A stretch of 64,000 nt of DNA from Lingula anatina (taxonomy: Eukaryota; Animalia; Brachiopoda): assembly GCA_051362555.1 (NCBI GenBank), contig CM120641.1, positions 19,406,001 through 19,470,000 of the forward strand, read 5' to 3'. Made by a program: the position numbers and the translations under genes. The notes below the pieces were generated by a model. That model worked only from the letters and a program-made list of their open reading frames with translations. It was not told the origin of the DNA and made no database searches. Positions 52,018 through 61,857 of this stretch are shown here, piece after piece (position 1 is the stretch's first letter; every line of letters begins with the position of its first letter).

Positions 52018-55000
52018 AGTTTGTCATATAATTTAATGAATGTGTAAAGAAAAATGACAGAAATTATATTATTCTGTCCACAGGAAGGTGCAGAATGGCT
52101 GAGTCACCATCCAAGTGTGACTCCAGGTGGTATTGGAGTGATTGGAACATCTAAAGGTGCACAAATTGCTCTGCTCATGGGAGTGCACTTTCCTCAGGTA
52201 TGTATGTCACAGCCAAGATTGAAGTCCAGGCAGATTTTAAATCTGCCTAGCCAGGATTTTAAATTGTCTAGCCCAGATTGAAATTTCTATCTAGCCTAGG
52301 AGAGATTATGATTTAGATCTCGCCTATGCAGACTTAAAAAGTGCCTGGATTTCAATCTTGCCTGTGAGATGTATTAATGCAAATAGTTAAGGAGTGTGGG
52401 GTGGGGGAGGATGTAAATCCCACTTCTTGATGTCCTGTGTCTGCCAGTGATTTAAAGTGTAATGTTTGTTTTAACAAAATTAAAATTAAAATACTTAATT
52501 AAATTTTTTGATACTGAAATGCACTTTCCTCAGGTTTACATGTACCAGTACAAATTTATGTACTAGTATACTTACTTTTAAACCTCTTCAGGTATGCAAT
52601 TTACATCAACCATTTTGTAAGTAAACTAGTTACCGTTAAAAGCAGTCCAGCCGAGGCTTATGGTATCTGTAAATAGGGTTCTCATCGTAACTTACTATTA
52701 TAGTTATCTGACAAGTTGCCCAAGTTGCCAGAGAGATAGAAGAGGGGGGGTGGGGGGGGTGAAGATATTTCATGCAGTATATGTGTATGATGAAGTGTAG
52801 TGCTTATGTTTCAAGCATTTGTGTATGGATGCAAAGAGAGAACACACATGTGCACATACACACACACATAAAGATAATTTGCTCAGCTGTTGTCTGTGTG
52901 ATTTCAGGTAATAAAGGCAGTTGTAAATGTCAGTGGCCCAGCATACCAATTTTTTCAGGCTATGAAGTTTGGGGATGAAATTATTGATACTGTTGAGTGA
53001 GTACACAGTGGACTGTGCTACAGCCTCATCCTAATTAGTGTCTTTGGGTGTATTCCCATAGATTTAGATCGATCCAGGGATTAAGATTTAGATCGACCTA
53101 ACTCCCTGGGGGTTCACGTTAAATTGCAGTCAGCCGAGTGCGCACCATAGTTAATTACTCCCTTACTGTTTTCAGTAGCGGTATAGACGCTTAAGCCGGC
53201 TAAGCTGACAGTAATCTAGTGAGACTCCCCACAGGGATAGATCGATCTAAAATCTATGGAAATGGGGTCTTAGAGTGCATTCCCAGAGATTTAGATCGAT
53301 CCATCTAGATTGACCCAAGTCCCTTGGGGTTCACGCTAAATTGATGTCAGCTGAGCGTGCACGGTAGAGAAAAAATCTTTTTTTAATTTTTAAAAGAGAT
53401 TTACTAGTAGTCCACTTCAATTATTATTGGGAAGAGATTGATATGAAGGGTATCTCTGCTAACTGCATGCATTATGACAGTCAGCAAAGTTAAAATGGCC
53501 AAAAAAAATAAAAAATAAAAATAAAGTGAAGGCTCAAAATTGTAGAAATGTATGAAGATGATACATGTTTGTATGTTATTGGACCACCAGCGTTAGCGCT
53601 GGCGGTACACATGGTTTCGGTCCCGTCCGGATTGTTCCGCCGGCTCCGCGGGACGGCTACCGTTACCGCTTCTCCTCCTAGACGGTAAGGGCCCCCGTAC
53701 CCATCTCATGGATTTAGGTCACCTATAATCTCAACTCGTTCCACGTAAAATTTGGGCTTTGTCGATATTGGGGTCTGGGTGTGGCACTCATTACAATGCA
53801 CCCTTGTCTAAAAATGGCAAAATTAAATGCTAATTATCTACCCTACGGAAGGAGTTATGGGAAAAATTTCTATAGACGGCTTTCCAAAAGTCATATGTGT
53901 AGATTTCAAATATACCCTTGGATTTGACCTTTGACCTTTACTTCAAGGTCAAATGGGTCAAAATTTTCAAAAAAATGAAATTTTTTACGAAAAAAATTTT
54001 TTTTGCCCTGTTATTCAGACACTTCACAGACTTAACCAATAATATTATTGGAAAGTGTTACCCTTCAGGTCATCTTTCATCTCCATGAATTTGGGGTCAA
54101 TCGGTGCATTTTCATGGGAGTAGCGGCCATAAGATACCGAAACTGAAAACTGTCTCTAATTCGGGAACCGTTAATGCTAGAGACCCATTCTTTTTTGCAT
54201 TTTGTAGAGCATGTAAAGCCCAACACTGGAGGTGGTCTCGGTTTTTTTGTATTCCATACGGTTTTCGAGTTATGCTGTATCAAAAAGTACATATTGGTGG
54301 TAAAAGCAAAATGTGCAGTACGGTAATGGATAATAAATTTTGAATTCTGGAAAAATAAAACATAAGGCTTGGCAAAGCAGACAACTTGTGTTCAAAAATG
54401 ACATTATTTCATCAAATTTGAACTTCTGAAACTTCAGAGCACCTCCTATTTCAAGAATTTTGACCAAAATGACATTTTCTTTATTTTAATTAATTTTTTC
54501 TGTGCGAAATTTAAGGCACATTATGGTAACTCCAAAATTATAACATTTAGTCCCTTATATCTCCAAAACTGGCAGAGATAGGTCCATAGTTACTATTGAA
54601 GTTGAATAGGAAGTCATATACTGGCAATCTTACTGTGACCTTGAAATTGACCTTTGACCTACTTTTTACCATGAACTGAACTTTGCAAATTTTGCTTCCC
54701 TTTATCTCCAAAACTGGCAGAGATAGATCCATTGTTACTATTGAACTTGAATAGGAAGTCATATACTGGCAATCTATATGTGACCTTAAAATTGACCTTT
54801 GACCTACTTTTCACCATGAACTGAACTTTGCAAATTTTTCTTCCCTTTTATCTCCAAAACTGACAGAGATAGGTCCATAGTTACTATTGAAGTTGAATAG
54901 GAAGTCATATACTGGCAATCTAAATGTGACCTTAAAATTGACCTTTGACCTACTTTACACCATGAACTGAATTTTGCAAATTTTGCTTTCCTTTTATCTC

Positions 55001-58000
55001 CAAAACTGGCTGAGATAGGTCCGTAGTTACTATTGAATTTGAATAGAAAGTCATATACTGGCAATCTAAATGTGACATTAAAATTGACCTTTGACCTACT
55101 TTTCACCATAAACTGAACTTTGCAAATTTTGCTTCCCTTTTCTCTCCAAAACTGGCAGAGATAGGTCCATAGTTACTATTGAACTTGAATAGGAAGTCAT
55201 ATACTGGCAATCTAAATGTGACCTTAAAATTGACCTTTGACCTACTTTTCACCATAAACTGAACTTTGCAAATTTTGCTTTCCTTTTATCTCCAAAACTG
55301 GCAGAGATAGGTCCATAGTTACTATTGAACTTGAATAGGAAGTCATATACTGGCAATATAAATGTGACATTAAAATTGACCTTTGACCTACTTTTCACCA
55401 TAAACTGAACTTTGCAAATTTTGCTTCCCTTTTATCTCCAAAACTGGCAGAGATAGGTCCATAGTTACTATTGAACTTGAATAGGAAGTCATATACTGGC
55501 AATCTAAATGTGACCTTAAAATTGACCTTTGACCTACTTTTCACCATGAACTGAACTTTGCAAATTTTGCTTCCTTTTTATCTCCAAAACTGGCAGAGAT
55601 AGGTCCATAGTTACTATTGAACTTGAATAGGAAGTCATATACTGGCAATCTAAATGTGACCTTAAAATTGACCTTTGACCTACTTTTCACCATGAACTGA
55701 ACTTTGCAAATTTTGCTTCCCTTTTATCTCCAAAACTGGCAGAGATAGGTCCGTAGTTACTATTGAACTTGAATAGGAAGTCATATACTGGCAATCTAAA
55801 TGTGACCTTAAAATTGACCTTTGACCTACTTTTCACCATGAACTGAACTTTGCAAATTTTGCTTCCCTTTTATCTCCAAAAACTGGCAGAGATAGGTCCA
55901 TAGTTACTATTGAACTTGAATAGGAAGTCATATACTGGCAATCTACTAGTAAATGTGACCTTAAAATTGACTTTTGACCTACTTTTCACCATGAACTGAA
56001 CTTTGCAAATTTTGCTTTCCTTTTATCTCCAAAACTGGCAGAGATAGGTCCATAGTTACTATTGAACTTGATAAGAAAGTCATATACTGGCAATCTAAAT
56101 GTGACCTTAAAATTGACCTTTGACCTACTTTTCACCATGAACTGAATTTTGCAAATTTTGCTTCCCTTTTATCTCCAAAACTGGCTGAGATAGGTCCGTA
56201 GTTACTATTGAACTTGAATAGGAAGTCCTATACTGGCAATCTAAGTGTGATCTTGAAATTGACCTTTGACCCACTTTTTATCATGAAGTGAACCCTGCTA
56301 ATTTCTTTCTCTTTTAACTTCAAACTTGACAGAGATAGGTCCATAGTTACTCTTGAACTTGAATAGGAAGTCATATACTGGCAATTTACTGTGACCTTGA
56401 AATTGACCCTTGACCTATCTTACAAAGAACTTAAATTTGATTGTACCATATATATTTTTTGCAATAGTTTAAAAATTCTTGTTGATTGCATTTTTACAGC
56501 TTGTCAAGCACAAAACTGGTGGCTGTGTCCCTTATTTTGTGTATGTGGGGGTCTATACGAATGCGCTTGCTCCAGCTGGTGGTACAATATTCGGAGGCGG
56601 TATCACCTCTCTGATCCTCTAGTTAGAAATTGTTTATCTAGAATTGAGCAGGATTTGATTATAGAAATTCTGCTTTCCTGCATTTTAGTCAAGATTATAC
56701 AAAAGCAACAATGAGCAGTGATGGAATTTGCTTCAAATATATTTACCCAAAGGAAATACAGGATGAATGGGTCATAAAGGTACGTCTTTTTATAATGAAG
56801 CTATATATGTACACACTTTGTGATAAAAGGCCTACATAATTATGTAAAAATTACAATCCAATGGCAACTGTTTCTTAAATAATTAGATGTACTGTGATAC
56901 AGTGAATCATCACCATAATTATTTTATTAATGTTAGGTGATTTAGCTAAAATAATTTTAGGTGAAGGAAATAAATCGAAATGATAGGGTTTTTAATTTTT
57001 TTCAAAGTTCTGGGTTTCACCATAATTCCGATAATTGATTGCTAATACTGCTAAGTGTTGTTCACAAATTAAGAATAGTCTTGATGAAAATATAGATTTG
57101 ATCAATATTTTAAACAGATGGTGTGTTTGATAAATTTTCAATAATTTAATAAATCTACTTACCCTAGGTGGAGCTTATAGAGGTCCCTCTGTTGTTATTT
57201 TTTGGTGAAGATGATTCTTTATTTGATGCTCCCCAAAGTGCTGAAATATTTTCTGAACGGTTACGTTCTTATGGACACAAAGACTATGAGATCCATGTAT
57301 ATGATGGGGCAGGACATCTTATTGAACCTCCTTATGCTCCACATTGTCAAGGATCTTTCCACAAGTACCTAGGTTTGTACATTTGCTATGCATACTATAT
57401 AAATAAGTGATATTGTAACTGCCTATATGTGGAACTCTGTAGATGTTATTGTAGACTTGTTTAAAAAACCTAATAATTTAAAGTTGTCATCAGTTTTTAT
57501 GGTTACACAGAATGAGACACTATATGTTTTAATGTTCACTATCAGCACCTGCATGTCTTTGCCATAAGTGTCGCCATCACTGTTCACTTCTGGCCATGGG
57601 TGAAAGTTTTCAGGATTATGCCCTATTCAGGATTTTCAGTCTCCAGTTTGATCACTTATTTATTTGGTCTAAATGCAATGGGAACTTGCAAGCTACATTT
57701 TCAGGATTCTCAGATTTTACAACTTTCACCCAGAATTTAACTCATTAACACTGTAAAAGAAAAACCATGCTCAAACCATTTTCCTCAGACTTACAAAAAT
57801 TAGGCTAAAATATGACTTAAGTTAAAACCCGGCTTGATTTAATTATATTTTTTTATATTATAAGCTGATTTTTCTTGGGATTATGAAGTTTTTTGTGAAT
57901 TTTTCATTTTTTTACACATTGGAATTTTCAAGGTGTGACTGAACTCCTATGGGTCTGAAGCTCTGTGCTAGTGACATTTTCTGAAAGTCCACAGTAAAAG

Positions 58001-58808
58001 CACTGTACAATATAAATTGGATGATTATGCTGACACAAAGGCTATGGTGATGGCTTGATTTTAAATGGGGGAAAATGATCAAGCTTTCAGATACTTAATT
58101 TTAGAATCTTAAAAATTTCATTTCTACTTTGTGTGTGTGGTGCTTTCACTGTATTGGGTTAGAGTAGCCTGCTGTTTTGTTGCTACCACTCATGAGGGAT
58201 GTTCTAATTTTATGAAATTATGGCTTAGAAATATAGTATCTTAAAAAATCATTTATCTTATTGAAAAAATAGATTCAGTACCATATTTTATGCACTGTCA
58301 TCATGAACACTACAACACTATCAAGAGAAACCATTTTCATTTTTTCCATCAAACTTACATTAAAATTGTTGAGGACTAAAATTCACCCTGAGTAAAGAAA
58401 CCAGGTGGACTAGATTATTTCCCTTGTTTCAGTAATTATTTTAAGTTTTGTCCTGCATTGATAGTTATAATGTAAATTTGGGCCTTGGTGTCAAGACCCA
58501 AAATTTATTTACATGAATCATTTTTGGTAGTCAGTATGTTTAATGTTATAAGCCAAAAGTGAAACTTAATGTGGCATTCCTGAAGTCATATCAGTAAATT
58601 AGTTCCATAAATGAATTTTTGCTTAAACAAAGTTTAAGGCCATGTAAAGTTTCAAAGGTGCATTCCTATTTATCTTTTGATTCCAGGAACTAATATGGCA
58701 TGGGGAGGAGATGCACAGCCACATATAAAAGCTGAGGTCCATCACTGGAAGAGAACACTGGAATTCTTCAGGAAACATTTGTCTGCACCATTGCCCTCTA
58801 GATTATGA
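43965..58808 (+). CDS. Type-I acyl-CoA thioesterase / BAAT-family, copy 2 (introns expanded by TEs)
   Basis: Exons ~43965-43992, 45207-45337, 45996-46158, 46282-46548, 46766-46935, 52084-52197, 52908-52996, 56688-56779, 57167-57371, 58687-58808. Continuous frame with [25 protein letters not shown]; ends APLPSRL*. Confidence 0.93.
50037..50279 (+). mobile_element. Short HINE/Helentron-type non-autonomous element
   Basis: TTACCTC..TGCCAAGGAGGTTAT start, GTTTGTCTGTC microsatellite, sub-terminal inverted CCTTGGCAGAGGT, end GTGCTTTTCTAGTT. Confidence 0.7.
51805..51902. mobile_element. 98-bp CMC/EnSpm-type MITE
   Basis: CCCAGCAAGCAAACGACATTGATTC ... GAATCAATGTCGTTTGTCTGCTGGG; 2-bp AT TSD; internal ACGTTGATTC repeats. 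Confidence 0.8.
52208..52346. mobile_element. MITE immediately after ACOT copy-2 exon 6
   Basis: CACAGCCAAGATTGAAGTCCAGGC ... GCCTGGATTTCAATCTTGCCTGTG; absent from the equivalent copy-1 intron. Confidence 0.7.
53046..53289. mobile_element. Harbinger-like MITE, followed by a partial second copy (~53293-53365)
   Basis: CCCATAGATTTAGATCGATC ... GATCGATCTAAAATCTATGG inverted arms. Confidence 0.65.
53576..56624 (+). mobile_element. Non-autonomous Helentron-like (HINE) element with an expanded satellite core
   Basis: Terminal hairpin ACCACCAGCG-TTAG-CGCTGGCGGT; CTAGTT end; same family as 41488-42974. Confidence 0.82.
54555..56420. repeat. Tandem array of about 13 x 146-bp monomers
   Basis: TGACCTTTGACCT recurs at ~54648, 54793, 54939, 55085, 55231, 55377, 55523, 55669, 55815, 55968, 56114, 56260, 56404; the central units are nearly identical. 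Confidence 0.95.
57598..57731. mobile_element. Small MITE
   Basis: GGGTGAAAGTT ... AACTTTCACCC TIRs with internal TTCAGGATT repeats. Confidence 0.55.
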
Positions 58809-60719
58809 CACATACATATGCATACTTTTAATTACTTATAGAGAAAAAAATATGGATATTTTGACAATTTCCCCATAAACAGCAAGGTACATGTAAAATT
58901 TATATAAATGTGTATTTGAGGACAAACTTTGAATTAAAATGACAAAGCATTTCAATGTACTGATTGAAATGGTTTAACACACATTTTGTATACATAACAG
59001 ATACATACATGGTTTCTTGTTTTATTCAGATAGGAATTAGTGGTTTTGAGGTAAATTCTTCTGCGATTTTCAAAAGAATTTTTCAGCTACAGTAAATAAC
59101 TGTTTTGTCCAGATATTTTGTTTATTGGCTGTTTATATGCCCATCTTGCTCTTCAAATCTAGTTTATGTAGCAAATGTGTGAAAACATAAACAACCAATT
59201 CAGTGACAACAGTCAAGTTATTTGGCAAGATAACATTTTTATCATCAGAATGTTTGCACGTCTACACTTACAGAAATGACTACGCGTTCACGCAATCATC
59301 TGTGCCCTACTAATGTTTACACACACTGAGAACAATTACTCGTAAACGACTACAAAAATAGTTAAAAATGGACGTTTTAACAAAGCAAAAGTAAAGAAGA
59401 AAAAAGATCTAAATCTTATTTATTGTCTTTTTATCATTCATGAAGGTATCATTCGGTGATTATTTATTTATTTGATGTTAAATATTTTATAAATAAAGAT
59501 TATTTTAGCCTGTTAAATTTTGTCATATTATCCGTCGTGTGGGTAACTCTCCGTTGCTTTCAATGGGATCAGAATAGGTCTCTCTCAACCTAACATTTAT
59601 TCGAAAAACAACTTACATATCACCATTCCGCGAATAGGCCTACTTAATTGTTACGCACGTGTTATGTACACGTCAGGCACGTAAGTGCTGACGAATCTGT
59701 AGCTGTTCTGACTTCACAAATAGGAGGCCAGATATCTGAGGGTAGGTACATAAATCGCTTAGATACGACTCATTATTTTCTGGATATGGAAAATTTACCA
59801 CGCGTAATGCTGTTTTTCTAAGTAAGTACGATGAAAAAATTAAAAAAAAAAGAAAAAAAATATTTGCCAGCTACATCCATTGGAAATTGGTCATCGTATT
59901 GTAATTTAACACATTCTCAAAGTTCGATTGAAATTTCAAATGAAAGCAAACGAAGGAAGAAGAGAGAGCAAGAGATGGTGTTCGTCTTTGTGTCTTATCT
60001 GAAAGAAAAGCTCTAATCTGAGAAAGCCCGAAGTATAAAAGAAGAAATACAGAAAGGGCAACAGATGATGATAATAATAGATTGACAAATGAAATTAGGT
60101 ACAGAATCCACATTTTGTATAAAAATAATAACAGTAAAATGCAGTTTATACAGAACAAATTCAAAATAACCTAAGTACTGACTGGTTTCATTACCATACA
60201 AACGTGCGACAATTGGTCAACAGAACTCCAACAAATCAGTAGGCCTATAAGCTACAGGAGATGATAAAACTTCCGAAGTTGTCCCTTGGCCTAAAAACGC
60301 AAACATACCCACGCGTGGTCTCATTAGTGAAAGATAACACGGTCATAACCTTCGCCTACTTATTTATCTGCCAATTCCTAAATACAATATGACCGTAAGT
60401 TGGGGAGAACCAATGTTTCTGCTAATTCATCAATGTTTCAATGTTTTGACAGTTACATTTTATACATGTGCGAAAAGGAAGGAGTTCGGGCTTGGGAAGG
60501 TCTGTTCTCACGCCACCCCCTCGTTCTCTCTCTCTCATTCTCTTTTAATAACTGTTGTCAAATTTATTTCGGTTATTTTTAGACAAATTTATATCATTTC
60601 GCGTAAACACTCTGATGAACAAATTTAAAATGTGTTGTTTCCCCCCGTCTTATCACCAGATTAGTTGACTGGTCGATATGGCGTAATAAATCAAAAGCCT
60701 AAGTCACATTCCAATCTGA

Positions 60720-60881
60720 CGGTCGCTTGCAATCATTTTGCGAGCTAAATAAGAAGTAGCTTTAGCATATTTTGATCGGCAACCTGTCGCACACCGGTTG
60801 CAACAAGGCTTCGATACCTATTGCAACCTGCTTGCGATTGAGGTTGCTAAAAGGTTGCGAAAAGGTTGCAACCGCAGGGTG
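60720..60881. mobile_element. One end of a CACTA-like element (GGTTGC sub-terminal repeats) abutting the ACOT copy-3 promoter
   Basis: Repeated GCAACC/GGTTGC units ending ...GCAACCGCAGGGTG; homology with the copy-2 promoter starts right after it. Confidence 0.45.
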
Positions 60882-60975
60882 ATCCAGGCTTTACGTGGTT
60901 ATGGAAGATAAGAAGGATATCTTGTAGACTTTGAACTGTGTTTTACGGGTCGGGGTACAGTGGTCGGGGTACGAT

Positions 60976-61818
60976 ATGCTCCGGAAAATTAGTAGCGTGT
61001 TCGGTAAGTACCGGTGTGGCAGGAATGGTAGTCCCAGGAATGGAATTCCGGGGTTTCATATGATTAGTACATGTTCCGGTTAGTCGGCGGAGTCATACAT
61101 GTAGTATTGCGTATTGTATGGGACAAATGTCTAAAACGGGAAACAGACTACGGTTCCTACTAGCGGACTAAACCATTCCTCTCACATCGTATAGGTCTAT
61201 CATTAAAATGAAAGGTTGAACCTTGAGTATCTAAAGATGCTTAAGGGAAAACAAGATTTTAAAAATATATATTAAAAATCACAGGACACATCTCAGACCA
61301 GTTAATCGGGTTGGGCCTTTTCCCGGCAAAAAGATCGGTCCGTTTGAACCCCCCCCCCCCCCCCTCCGCCCCCCAGCTACGGCTCTGCATCTGCTGATCT
61401 CGGCAAAATTGCCGTTACTCTTATCTCGTCGTGCACACTAACAGATTGTTGTATGAGTGTGAAATGTTGACGAGCACCAATGAAGAATTAAAGCATATCC
61501 TTTATGTTGATTTGATAACCGAGTCGGAATCGCGATGTACTACAACTAGTAATATACATATGTATATACTGACAGTCAATGAAAAGGCATCGTTTATTTA
61601 TCAAATAATATTTTAAGTTCCTTTGGCACATTTAGAAAATAACAGAACGTGTGAAATACGAAAATAGTTTTACAGCCCACTCTCTTAAGACCAAACAAGT
61701 GCATTTGTACTCGTTTATATGGTTGGAATCGATTCTCGGTCAAAAAAGTACAAGAAAGTTTTCTGATGCGTTTGCATTGACTGTCAGTATATTTTCCAAA
61801 ATTTATCTTATGCAGTAT

Positions 61819-61857
<39 letters not shown>

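Noticed and set aside
52515-52600. Repeat of GCACTTTCCTCAGGT suggesting a duplicated exon 6
   Set aside because: Only about 15 nt match; no acceptor or coding remnant.
54555-56420. CRISPR-like array or coding repeat
   Set aside because: Head-to-tail near-identical monomers with no unique spacers, no cas genes, and a eukaryotic intron context; the ORFs in it are repeat translations.
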